Source: Nitrospirota bacterium (GTDB taxonomy: Bacteria; Nitrospirota; UBA9217). From it: a stretch of DNA of 64,000 nt. The DNA is taken from the NCBI GenBank assembly GCA_963845065.1, contig CAWJQQ010000001.1:800001-864000 (forward strand). The letters are read 5' to 3'. Made by a program: the position numbers and the translations under genes. The notes beneath the pieces were generated by a model, which ran no database searches, had not been told where the DNA came from, and saw only the letters and a list, made by a program, of their open reading frames with translations. This document shows positions 32,354-42,082 of this stretch, piece by piece; position 1 is the stretch's first letter, and each line of letters starts with the position of its first letter.

Positions 32354-32382
32354 ATTGGCGGGAGAGCATGAGAATCGAACTC
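32354..32382 (-). repeat. att site: duplicated 3' end of tRNA-Sec
   Basis: ATTGGCGGGAGAGCATGAGAATCGAACTC, identical to 56630-56658. Confidence 0.93.
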
Positions 32383-32688
32383 GTGCATATGCATAATATA
32401 TCAATGACTTACAGACTTATACGGTATGTTCACGGTATGAAATGAATTAACAGGATAAAGAGTCATCGTTAATTTTTTCAGATTCATCGTGTTCTGGAGC
32501 CATTGACATAAGAATTTGAGAGGGAAATTACGGGAAATATTTATAAATGTCTTTGCGATTTAGGAACCGCACGAGGATGACGGAATCATTCTTCAATACT
32601 AGGCCGAGCCGATAATCTCCGACTCTTAGACGGAAGTAGTTGTCCTGTCCCTTAAGCTTTTTTAAATTAGAAATAATAGAGAGGGAAT

Positions 32689-34012
32689 CAGTAATGTCCG
32701 GTTACGTTTTTGCATGGAGAATGCCTTCTCCGGACATTTTATAGCAGTCACGGTCAGGCGGCACGTTCTCAAACTCAGTAGATTCATTTTTGATTTTGCA
32801 GCGTAGCTCTCTGACCCTTTTTATACTGACTTTCTCATTGTGCTGTTCGTGGCAATAAATAGCGAGAAGCAGGTAGGTGATGAGGCCTCCCAGTATTTGG
32901 ACCATGAGACCATGCTTGCTTCTTGCAATCAAGTGATAGACCTTCAAATGGCGTTTCCACCAGCCGAAGAAGGTTTCTATGTTCCATCGGAGCTTGTAAA
33001 CCAGCGCTACCTCCTCGGCTGAAAGATCGTACCGATCGGTAGCAACCCAGTATTCTTTATTCGCGACACGATAGGCGACTACACGGAGTTCTTTTTCCGT
33101 TTGATTCACGCCTTTGGTCCCGAGCAGGACAACGGCGTCATAGAAAACAATGCTTCCTGGCTTAACGGTATTGGCCTTGATAATAGTAATCGTTGTGTTT
33201 TCTTTGATCCGGCAGACAAAATATTTTCTCTCAATCTGCCACTGATCGAAGCTCTTATGCCGCTGATAGTAACGATCCAGAACACTGGTCTGACCCGGAG
33301 AAATAATCTGGCTTACAAAAGGGCGTTCATCTCCTTTGCCGTGGGTCAAAAATATCTTCGTCGGAATACCACGATTGATATCGAAGCCTATATGCGTCTT
33401 GGCTTTTTTTGAGCCGCCCCGATAATCGGCCCAGTGCATGGAAAGGACTGCATCTATCAAAGATCCATCAACGGCGATAAGGTCGCCGAGATTGCCGTAT
33501 TCAGTCGGAAGCAGCTTGGTGGCTTTGGCTTGGAGTGCCAAATATAATTCCATAAGTTGATCAAGGCCTCTTGAATTAATGGCCTCGAAAAAACTGCTTT
33601 TATTAATACCGGATTTCGGCGCAATCGTCTGTCGGGCAAAATCATCTTCCTTGAGGACTTGCAACAGGTGACGACCTGAAGTGTGTTCCTCAAGGTGAAA
33701 GTAAATGAGCGCATGAAGCTGATCTTCAAATTCCATTTGTAGCGGCCTGTTTCCTCGTGCCTTAAGTAGCGTGATGTCGCTTAACGGCGCTTCCAGCGGT
33801 TGAAGCAGAAGGCTGAATGATGGTCGTTTGCCTGATTTGTTCTTCGGATCGAGCACATAGGGCATTTTCGTAACTCCTTGCAGTTAAAGGTATTTACGAA
33901 AATTTTTTCTGTGCACGTTTTTCTAAATGTCAAGTTAATAGCGACCGAACATTAGAATGTTATGCTTTTTTATTGTCTCCTTTGAATGCAATTTGCTAAC
34001 CGGACAACGCTG
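32689..34012 (-). mobile_element. IS4-family element (1324 bp)
   Basis: IRs CAGTAATGTCCGGTTA / CAGCGTTGTCCGGTTA; 9-bp TSD AGAGGGAAT at 32680-32688 and 34013-34021. Confidence 0.92.
32702..33865 (-). CDS. IS4-family DDE transposase
   Basis: AVDGS, LDRYY, YKLRWNIETFF (YREK-type motif). Confidence 0.92.
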   Translation of the reverse strand: MPYVLDPKNKSGKRPSFSLLLQPLEAPLSDITLLKARGNRPLQMEFEDQLHALIYFHLEEHTSGRHLLQVLKEDDFARQTIAPKSGINKSSFFEAINSRGLDQLMELYLALQAKATKLLPTEYGNLGDLIAVDGSLIDAVLSMHWADYRGGSKKAKTHIGFDINRGIPTKIFLTHGKGDERPFVSQIISPGQTSVLDRYYQRHKSFDQWQIERKYFVCRIKENTTITIIKANTVKPGSIVFYDAVVLLGTKGVNQTEKELRVVAYRVANKEYWVATDRYDLSAEEVALVYKLRWNIETFFGWWKRHLKVYHLIARSKHGLMVQILGGLITYLLLAIYCHEQHNEKVSIKRVRELRCKIKNESTEFENVPPDRDCYKMSGEGILHAKT

Positions 34013-34126
34013 AGAGGGAATGAACTTTTTCGATAGTCTCGATGATTTCCTTGACCTTTTTCAAAACGGCTTTGTCTTTGATACCTTTTAAGTCCTTTAC
34101 AAAACTATCTCTGAAGTCTACTTTCA

Positions 34127-34333
34127 TTATTTGCTCGTAAAAATTTTGAAGACAGCGGAACGGCTGACGGGTTTGCTGTGGAGGCCTTGTTCGATTGCAT
34201 GCGCAAGAGCAATTTCCTCGATTGCATCTTCGACAATGTCCTGCACCAAGGCCCGTTGTTCATGGAGCGCTTCAGTAACGGCCGATTTCATCAGCGTTTT
34301 TAATTTTTTCTCATCTAGTGTCGCTGTTGCCAT
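34127..34333 (-). CDS. Putative antitoxin for the split RelE
   Basis: 68-aa acidic ORF whose stop overlaps the toxin start (TAATG). Confidence 0.75.
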   Translation of the reverse strand: MATATLDEKKLKTLMKSAVTEALHEQRALVQDIVEDAIEEIALAHAIEQGLHSKPVSRSAVFKIFTSK

Positions 34334-34548
34334 AAGTTTCTCCCTCATGATTCTTACACTATCATAGTATAATAAAAAACTCAGGTCAATGGAAAAAGCA
34401 GGTAAGTTCTTGCCGTGCATCAGACTCTTTAGACATAGTTCTAGAAAATGAATAGCATATTATAGTTAGGATCAGAGTATCTGGAACTAAAATTCAGATT
34501 GAAGTGTGCAATTGTTTCGATTTACAATAACTCGCGAGGTCCATCCTG

Positions 34549-36576
34549 TCGCGCCAGGTTAAGCCTGGGAAAGGTGGTGGACCAGAAACCGAAACCTTTC
34601 GTAGTGATTCTGTAGGTAACCAATCCTACCTGGCAAAGCCTGGTCAGCAGCCAGAAGCGAGTCTTGCATGCGCATAGGTGACTATGTGTGTGAAGCGTAG
34701 ACAGCTACTGCAAAAGCCGTGTCATTGAGCCCCGAAATAGCCTTGCGGGAGCTTTCGTTTTCAGGATGACGGGAGCAGCATCGATCATGCAGTACCGACC
34801 TCACATGATCGGTCCTACCGGGGTCAAAGAGCAGGGCAAATGCAGAAGAGGATCACCTAGGAACCTGGGAGATCTTGCCACTCCGTCTTTGGAGCACCGG
34901 TGGGGATAACGGAACGAATAACTCCAGGCCCCAAGCGTCATCGCGCAGAGACGCTTAGGGAGGTGCGTGATGGCACGAAACAAAACAATCAGCGCGGAAG
35001 ACGGTATCGCCAACTGAAGGAAACGAAAGGCGGCGAAACGGGAAGCAAGATGTCGTAGCGCCCTCATAGAACTGATGATGCAGGGGAACAAATCCCATTG
35101 GACCCTGCGGAGGTAAGGGGGGCGTCGTGTTGTAGAACCGTTGATGGGAAACACAGAGGATGCGATGGAATCCGAAAACACAGTGTACACGAAACAGCAA
35201 CGGATAGCAGAACTTGCGAGGATTCACCCTGATGTAAGTTTCACGTCTCTCACCCATCACATTGATTTAGTGTGGCTCTATGAAGCATTCGGTCGAACGC
35301 GGAAGGACGGAGCAACGGGAATAGATGCGCAGACAGCAGAAGAGTACGAGAAGGAGCTGAATGCGAATCTGCGGTCACTATTAGAACGCGCTAAATCGGG
35401 AAAGTACTTTGCGCCGCCGGTGTTGCGGGCGCATATCCCGAAAGACCCGGCAAAGAATGAAACCCGTCCTATCGGCATACCGACGTTCGAGGATAAGGTG
35501 ATTCAGAGGGCTATACAAATGGTGTTGGAGCCACTATATGAACAGGAATTTCTGGACTGCTCATATGGGTTCCGGACAAGGCGTTCTGCCCACGACGCGC
35601 TGCAATCGTTGTGGACGCAGATGATGGACATAGGCGGATGCTGGATCATCGATTTGGATATTCGGAAGTTTTTCGATACGATGGTTCACGAGCACATCAG
35701 GGAGATACTCAAGAGGCGGGTGAGTGACGGAGTAATAACGAGACTCATAGGGAAGTGGTTGAAAGCCGGTGTATGGGAAGCAGGAAACATCAGTTACCCA
35801 GAGAAGGGTACTCCTCAAGGCGGCGTGATTTCCCCCATGCTGAGTAATATTTATCTTCATGAGGTGCTGGACCTGTGGTTTGAGAAGGAAGTAAAACCAC
35901 GCCTCCGTGGCAAAGCGTTTCTGATTCGTTACGCAGATGACGCAGTGTTGGGGTTTGCGCTCGAAGAAGATACCCGGAGAGTGATGGAAGTACTTCCGAA
36001 GCGGTTTGCCCGATTTGGCCTGACGATCCACCCGGAGAAGACACGCGTGGTGAAGTTCATAAAACCGGATAACACCAACTCGGGAGGCCACAGCCAGGAC
36101 AAGGACAACACGTTCAACTTTCTAGGATTTACTCACTACTGGGCGACGTCCCGTAAGGGCATGGCGGTGATCAAGCGAAGTACCGAGAAGAGCCGGTTCG
36201 TGCGAGCGCTCCTGAAGATCAAGGAGTGGTGCAAGGTCAACCGGCACACCCCTCTGAAGGAGCAGCATAAGACGCTGAACCAGAAACTCCGAGGCCACGA
36301 CGCTTATTACGGGATTAGAGGCAACAGTCAGATGCTGTCGAACTTCCATCACAAGGTGAGACGGATCTGGCGCAAATGGCTACAGCGAAGGTCGTGCGAT
36401 GGTAGTATCCCGTGGGATAACTTCGCACTATTAGAAAAAGCCTACCCACTTGTGTCAGCGAGAATCGTTCACTCCATATACTTACGCAAAGCTACAGCAT
36501 GAAGAACCGAATGCGTTAATCGCGCACGTTCGGGTCTGTGGGGGCTGGGGCAGGTGACTGCCCTGGCCTACCTGGC
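34549..36576 (+). mobile_element. Group IIB intron with intact RT
   Basis: 5' ..GCGCCAGG..AAGCCTGG; GCAGCCAGAAGCGAGTCTTGC; TGAAGCGTAGACAG; DV GAACCGAATGCG...CACGTTCGGGTC; DVI ending CCTACCTGGC. Confidence 0.85.
35141..36502 (+). CDS. ltrA: Group II intron reverse transcriptase/maturase
   Basis: RPIGIP, SYGFR, DLDIRKFFD, GTPQGG, RYADD, FLGF; X domain; no En domain. Confidence 0.95.
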   Translation: MMGNTEDAMESENTVYTKQQRIAELARIHPDVSFTSLTHHIDLVWLYEAFGRTRKDGATGIDAQTAEEYEKELNANLRSLLERAKSGKYFAPPVLRAHIPKDPAKNETRPIGIPTFEDKVIQRAIQMVLEPLYEQEFLDCSYGFRTRRSAHDALQSLWTQMMDIGGCWIIDLDIRKFFDTMVHEHIREILKRRVSDGVITRLIGKWLKAGVWEAGNISYPEKGTPQGGVISPMLSNIYLHEVLDLWFEKEVKPRLRGKAFLIRYADDAVLGFALEEDTRRVMEVLPKRFARFGLTIHPEKTRVVKFIKPDNTNSGGHSQDKDNTFNFLGFTHYWATSRKGMAVIKRSTEKSRFVRALLKIKEWCKVNRHTPLKEQHKTLNQKLRGHDAYYGIRGNSQMLSNFHHKVRRIWRKWLQRRSCDGSIPWDNFALLEKAYPLVSARIVHSIYLRKATA

Positions 36577-36652
36577 TAGCAAATGAGTTTAAATTTATTG
36601 CAACAAGGTAAGTATCAAACTGAATATGTTAATTTGAAGAATATTTTTTTGC

Positions 36653-36684
36653 TTGCATGTATAGCAATAATGCTATATTATAAT
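36653..36684 (+). promoter_or_regulatory. TA promoter with operator palindrome
   Basis: TTGCAT-17-TATTAT (TATAAT 3 nt further); ATAGCA-ataa-TGCTAT in the spacer. Confidence 0.6.
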
Positions 36685-37042
36685 GCTCATGCAATGGTCA
36701 CTAGAATATTATGTAGATGAAAATGGGAAATCGCCCGTAAAATATTTTATCGACGCAATCTCTGCCGAAAGTAAAGCAAAATTTATTTTCATAGCTGACC
36801 TTCTCACTGAATATGGTCTGAGTGTGCGAGAACCCTATGTTAAACCCATTACCGGTTCGCGGAAACTTTTTGAGATCAGGCTGAAAGACCATCAAAATAT
36901 TCACCGTGTATTCTACTTCGCCAGTACTGGCAGGAAACTGATTCTCTTACATGGATTTACGAAGAAAACCGACAAGACACCTCGGCGGGAAATCGACATC
37001 GCAGAAGCAAGAATGAAAGATTATTTGGCAAAAAGAGGATGA
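36683..37042 (+). CDS. RelE/ParE-superfamily toxin (HigB/Gp49-like)
   Basis: GKSPV..F, PYVKPI, LFEIR, RVFYF, LLHGFTKKTDKTP. Confidence 0.9.
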   Translation: MLMQWSLEYYVDENGKSPVKYFIDAISAESKAKFIFIADLLTEYGLSVREPYVKPITGSRKLFEIRLKDHQNIHRVFYFASTGRKLILLHGFTKKTDKTPRREIDIAEARMKDYLAKRG

Positions 37043-37332
37043 TTATGAATTACAAAGAACACAGGAAAGAGTTGCTAAGCAACAAAGCGGTCAAGGCAGA
37101 ACATGAGAAACTCCTACCCGAATATGAACTTGCTAGGAGCATTCTGGAACAACGTCTAAAGAAAAAGATGACACAACTTGATGTCGCTAAGAAGACCGGT
37201 ATGCCACAATCTTCTGTAGCACGAATTGAAGGATTAACCCATGGTCTGCCACGTCTGTCAACACTTAAGAAGATTGCTCAGGCTCTGGACGCGGAACTTA
37301 TTATAACGCTGAAAGCAAAAAAGACCGCGTAA
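37039..37332 (+). CDS. XRE HTH antitoxin (HigA-like)
   Basis: MTQLDVAKKTGMPQSSVARIE...TLKKIAQAL; overlaps the toxin stop. Confidence 0.9.
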   Translation: MIMNYKEHRKELLSNKAVKAEHEKLLPEYELARSILEQRLKKKMTQLDVAKKTGMPQSSVARIEGLTHGLPRLSTLKKIAQALDAELIITLKAKKTA

Positions 37333-37570
37333 TAGTATTGAGAAAACCATAATCGATGACCGTTACGGCAACAGCAAAAAATAGCTGAAAGCTGATCTGA
37401 GCGCTCTTGCCCAGGAAAGAGACCTGAATGATGATATCGATCTATCAATCCATTCGATACAGAGAATGGGCAGATCCTAAGTATTCCAAATGAGATTATA
37501 GTTGCTCTTGAGGATAATACTATAACAAACGGTTCTTCATCACTTGCATGGATCCTATCGTGGTGTAGGC

Positions 37571-40303
37571 ATGGCAATCGTAATTAACGATGAAACACTG
37601 GTTGCTTACTCACAATGCCCACGTAAAGCTTACAACCTGATCTATACTTCGGAACCAGGTCAACCACAAGAGTTTCATCAAATCATTGAGCAGAATCGAA
37701 TTGCAAATTCGCGCAAGTTCTTTGATGTTATCAGTCTTAGCACGCCTGACATACTCCCCTATAGTATCGAGAATCTTAACAAGGGTTGTAAGATATTTAC
37801 CAACGCAGCATTGATCGTCGATGAGCTGCGAGTCGATTGCGATGTTTTGACAAAAGTGAGTAAGCAAAATTATGAGCCTACAATAATCATAGGATCATAT
37901 AAGATCAATGAGAGTGACAAACTCCACCTCATGCTCATCGGATATATGTTGTCAAAAATTCAAGGGCGGTATGCCGAACATGGCCATATCGTTACTATGG
38001 GTGACAAGCCGTCCTTGATTAAACTTCAGCATAATCAGAAAAAATTACACGCAGTATTAGATCCATTGCTAAAATGGGTGAAAAATGACTCGCCCCCTGC
38101 TGAACCGCCGGTGATATTGAATAAACATTGTAGCTTGTGCCAGTTCCGCCAGCAATGTGAGGCAAAAGCCATTCAGGAAGATAATCTGAGCAGACTGCAA
38201 GGAGTAACACCAAGGATTATTCGCAGATATGAAAGAAAAGGGATCTTTACCGTCAAACAGTTATCCTATATTTTTAAACCACGAAAGCGGAATAAACACG
38301 CAAGGAGAATATCCCAGTCCATTCATAAAATAGAACTGCAAGCCCTGGCTATTCGAACGGAAAGAATATACCTTCAAGAGCTACCCTCATTGACGCGAAA
38401 TGAAACTGAACTATTTTTTGACATTGAGAGCATACCCGATCAAGACACACACTATCTTCTCGGATTGCTGATATGCCAAAGAGAGGCAGTTAAATATCAG
38501 CCTTTCTGGGGGAACGGAGCAGATGACGAAAAAACGATTTGGTATGCTTTATTGGACTTGCTCAACCAATATCCCGATGCCCCGATTTATCATTATGGCA
38601 GCTATGAACTACGCACCATTATCAAGCTTGCTAAACGATATAAGACTGACAGTGCAAATCTGAGTGCTCGGCTGATAAATGTTCACAAGCAGATACACGG
38701 CAAAGTTTACTTTCCAGTGTATTCTAATCGGTTGAAAAGTGTCGCCGCCCTTGTTGGGGCCTCGTGGACCCATCCAGATGCGTCCGGCTTACAAAGTATT
38801 GTGTGGCGGTACAAGTGGGAGAAAACGCATGATGACCGATATAAAGATACTTTACTGAAATACAATGAGGAGGACTGCCGTGCTCTGAAGCTACTGGTTG
38901 ATGCACTTTATAAAATTCAGCTTTCGGCTGATATAATACCTGAAGTAGATTTTGCTGACCGTCTTAAACAGCGGACAACTGAAGCGAGCGAGAAGGTCAT
39001 CAGTCAATTTAATAAAATTCTTGAATTTGGACATTTTGACTGCGAGAGCAAGAAAATTCGTTTCCGTCAAGAAGACGAAATTAAAGAACCTAAGCGGGAT
39101 AAGAGGGAAATATGTAAATTAGCATTCAAAAAGAATCTTGAAAAGTTGGAGAGAGTTCGCCATAGGGCGAAGAGACGCGTCCAAGTCCCGCATGAAAATA
39201 TTTGTCAAAGATGTGGGTACGAGCCTCTATCCCCACGCAAGGCTGAGTCAAGGCGATTTATCGTAAATCTTGTACTCACAAAGAACGGTATAAAGAAAAC
39301 GATTGCAGAATATTATGGAGCAAAAGCCGCATGTCCGAAATGTAAGGGTGTCTATGCACCTCCGGCGTTACGCAAATATTCAACTAACCGTGTATATGGG
39401 CATGGTTTCCGTTCATGGCAGATCTTTCAGCGCGTCGCTCTGCGCTTGCCATACGAAAGCATCGTTGAATCTGCAATTGAACATTATGGCGAGGATATTA
39501 ATGTTGGTTCAACACTGTACTCTATGGAAAGATTCGCAGAATATTATGCATCAACAGAGAAAAAGATTATGGAGGGTTTGCTAAAAAGTCCATTTGTTCA
39601 TGTCGATGAAACGCGTGCTAATATACAGGGCGGTGGCTGGTATGTTTGGGTTTTCACAGATAACAAACATGTAATTCTGAAGCTTACAGACACAAGAGAA
39701 ACAACGGTCGTACAGGAATTACTGTCCCAGTATCACGGCATCCTAATCTCTGATTTTTATGGAGGTTACGACACGATACCATGCATTCAACAACGATGTT
39801 GGGCACATCTTATTGGCAACCTGAACGAGGATATCCGCAAAAATCCTTTTGATATGGAATTTGAGGCGTTTATTTTAGGAGTCAGAGAGCTAATACTACC
39901 GATCATGGAAGATATTCAAAAGTACGGTTTAAAAAAGCGCAATCTCCATAAGTTCAAGAAAAAAGTTGATAATTTCTATACAAGGATGATCGTTGATAAG
40001 CAGTATAAGTCTGATCTTGTAAATACTTATCAGAAGCGATTCGCTCGATATCGGGAGAGTTTGTTTACCTTTCTGGAACAGGATGGCGTACCATGGAACA
40101 ACAATGCCGCAGAAAGAGCTATTAGGCCGTTTGCCATACAAAGAGATGCATCAACGCCATTTCAGGCAACTGTGCTAAGAAACTATTTAGTTATGTTGGG
40201 TATTCGTCAGACTTGCCGATTTCAAAATAAATCATTCTTCAAATTCCTATTTTCAGAGAGAACCGACTTGGAGAATTTTCAAAATAGATCACGTAGACGA
40301 TAA
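37571..40303 (+). CDS. TM0106-family RecB-like/RNase H domains fused to an IS66-type DDE transposase
   Basis: YSQCPRK...HCSLCQFRQQC; LFFDIES, YHYGSYE, YNEEDC; CQRC...CPKC; HVDET, ISDFYGGY, QRCWAHL, NNAAERAIRP. Confidence 0.85.
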   Translation: MAIVINDETLVAYSQCPRKAYNLIYTSEPGQPQEFHQIIEQNRIANSRKFFDVISLSTPDILPYSIENLNKGCKIFTNAALIVDELRVDCDVLTKVSKQNYEPTIIIGSYKINESDKLHLMLIGYMLSKIQGRYAEHGHIVTMGDKPSLIKLQHNQKKLHAVLDPLLKWVKNDSPPAEPPVILNKHCSLCQFRQQCEAKAIQEDNLSRLQGVTPRIIRRYERKGIFTVKQLSYIFKPRKRNKHARRISQSIHKIELQALAIRTERIYLQELPSLTRNETELFFDIESIPDQDTHYLLGLLICQREAVKYQPFWGNGADDEKTIWYALLDLLNQYPDAPIYHYGSYELRTIIKLAKRYKTDSANLSARLINVHKQIHGKVYFPVYSNRLKSVAALVGASWTHPDASGLQSIVWRYKWEKTHDDRYKDTLLKYNEEDCRALKLLVDALYKIQLSADIIPEVDFADRLKQRTTEASEKVISQFNKILEFGHFDCESKKIRFRQEDEIKEPKRDKREICKLAFKKNLEKLERVRHRAKRRVQVPHENICQRCGYEPLSPRKAESRRFIVNLVLTKNGIKKTIAEYYGAKAACPKCKGVYAPPALRKYSTNRVYGHGFRSWQIFQRVALRLPYESIVESAIEHYGEDINVGSTLYSMERFAEYYASTEKKIMEGLLKSPFVHVDETRANIQGGGWYVWVFTDNKHVILKLTDTRETTVVQELLSQYHGILISDFYGGYDTIPCIQQRCWAHLIGNLNEDIRKNPFDMEFEAFILGVRELILPIMEDIQKYGLKKRNLHKFKKKVDNFYTRMIVDKQYKSDLVNTYQKRFARYRESLFTFLEQDGVPWNNNAAERAIRPFAIQRDASTPFQATVLRNYLVMLGIRQTCRFQNKSFFKFLFSERTDLENFQNRSRRR

Positions 40304-40872
40304 AGCACGTCCTCGATGCGTTCGTTTGGCTATATCCGAATCCTCTGACTTCAACACGAAATTTATTGCCAACTAAAAAAAAGAACGGTGGAGAACATGG
40401 TCGACCAAAAATGATTATTCGAAGTTAACGCTGCTGATTTATAATCTTGTTAGGACGTTTCAAGCTGTATTCTGCAATCGTTTATATCAAGCTTCGGTGC
40501 ATACTCATAGGTGCTCTTCGTAAAGCCCAGCATCGTTCTGAAGCAAAAAATATCGATTGAAGTTTTATGTGCAAAGTTCAATCAGAATTTTGCAGGATCA
40601 GCTTTACGCGTTTTTGTGCTTTATCTTGCCGTGTGGTTCCGCTATAATCGTCATCATTAAGCAACAGTACATCCCGAAACTGTTATAGTGGCATTTCTTT
40701 CTAACACATCAATACTTTTTGAATTTATTGACCTGCATGCGATCCCCACACTAACCGGTATGCGGTGTGTAAACTCTTTGTTCACTACACGCAATAAATG
40801 ATCGGGGAGCACCAGAACTCAAGACGCATGCACCTGCGGGGCTGACGCTTAGCACCGCAATGGGCGGGAAAA

Positions 40873-41295
40873 ATGCCCTTGACCATATCAAGTATCACGG
40901 TTATCTCAATGGAAAAGGAAGACATACCTTACAAGTACTATGGTTGGTGGCGGATAATCGAAACATCACAGTGGGCTAACGCCGGCATCGACAGTATCGG
41001 TGCGGCGCTAATTTCACTTACGGGACATGATGATCGATTGAGGATGTACACTCTTCTCGCTCACGTGAACTGCAAGCCCACCAAGAAGGGCGTGTCGTTT
41101 ACATGGCAGGGTGCTTGGGAGTATGACCCTGTCTCCGGATCCGGGTGCGTGCGACTTCGCAAGGATGGACGTCTCGTGGGCAGAATCAGGATTAAAAGCG
41201 GGGATGACAGCACTTTTATCGCAGAGAAAGCGGAAGAACCGAATGAATCTATTCCAGAACCGCCAAGCTACCGTGATAAATGGCGGCGCAGGTGA
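40873..41295 (+). CDS. Hypothetical protein (beta-rich)
   Basis: GWWRIIE...FTWQG...GSG...GRL.G...GDDSTFIAE. Confidence 0.7.
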   Translation: MPLTISSITVISMEKEDIPYKYYGWWRIIETSQWANAGIDSIGAALISLTGHDDRLRMYTLLAHVNCKPTKKGVSFTWQGAWEYDPVSGSGCVRLRKDGRLVGRIRIKSGDDSTFIAEKAEEPNESIPEPPSYRDKWRRR

Positions 41296-41422
41296 TAAAT
41301 ACGGGGATGCCAATTTTTGCCTATGGGAATATCTGTGATTTGCTTAAAGCGGACGGGCAAGCCGGAGTTCAGACAGCAACCGCGAAAATGAAAAGATCAT
41401 TTATTGAACGAGAGAATTCTAA

Positions 41423-41842
41423 TTGGCAAAAAAGCTGAAAGTCGATAAGGCTTTCATTCCATGCCCAGTTGCTACGGATGATGAGCTGTATCCAAATGGT
41501 ATTTTCGTATTTAATATCACGAAAATGCTCGAATATATTCAAAAAGAACCTGAACGCATCACTCTTGAAGAAGTAGCGGTGAAAGATTTCCGCAAAAATG
41601 TTTCATCTATCGACGAGTCTTATATGGACTCAGTTGAAATTAATCGGCCGGTGATAATTGCTGAAATTTCTCCAGGGCGATATAACTTGATTGATGGCAA
41701 TCACAGAATGGAAAAGGCCCGCAGAATAGGACTAGAAAGAATCCTGGCCTACAGACTGAATGTTGAGCAGCACTTGAGATTCTTGACTTCCCAAAAATCA
41801 TATGTTGCATATATTGCCTATTGGAACAGTAAGCTGCAATAA
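41423..41842 (+). CDS. ParB/Srx N-terminal-like domain protein
   Basis: PVII...YNLIDGNHRMEKA. Confidence 0.75.
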   Translation: MAKKLKVDKAFIPCPVATDDELYPNGIFVFNITKMLEYIQKEPERITLEEVAVKDFRKNVSSIDESYMDSVEINRPVIIAEISPGRYNLIDGNHRMEKARRIGLERILAYRLNVEQHLRFLTSQKSYVAYIAYWNSKLQ

Positions 41843-41899
41843 TTTTAAGAAGATTCTGCCGGCGGATAAATCTCGCAACGAATCACAATAGAGAAATAA

Positions 41900-42082
41900 A
41901 TGAAAACATTCGAAGAAGCGATAAGACTTGCGCTCGCAGTATACGACGACTTCCAGGCTAAGGGTCTTAGCAAAGACGAGGCGCGGACAAAAGCAGTCAC
42001 TGAAATGATAGAGAGGTACGGGGACATGGAGCTTGTGCATCGCACAGCTGCCGTTAGAAGAGGAACGGCATATGACAAATAA
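41900..42082 (+). CDS. Small hypothetical protein
   Basis: 60-aa ORF overlapping the start of the next gene. Confidence 0.45.
   Translation: MKTFEEAIRLALAVYDDFQAKGLSKDEARTKAVTEMIERYGDMELVHRTAAVRRGTAYDK

Larger units (their letters stand above)
32528..34127 (-). pseudogene. RelE/StbE toxin split by IS4
   Basis: MKVDFRDSFVKDLKGI...VHSL | SIISNLKKLKGQDNYFRLRVGDYRLG...DIYKYFP*. Confidence 0.88.

Noticed and set aside
15034..36502. RTs as retron, DGR or CRISPR-associated RT
   Set aside because: Both have group II intron X domains and flanking DI/DV/DVI RNA motifs; no TR/VR pair or msr-msd seen.
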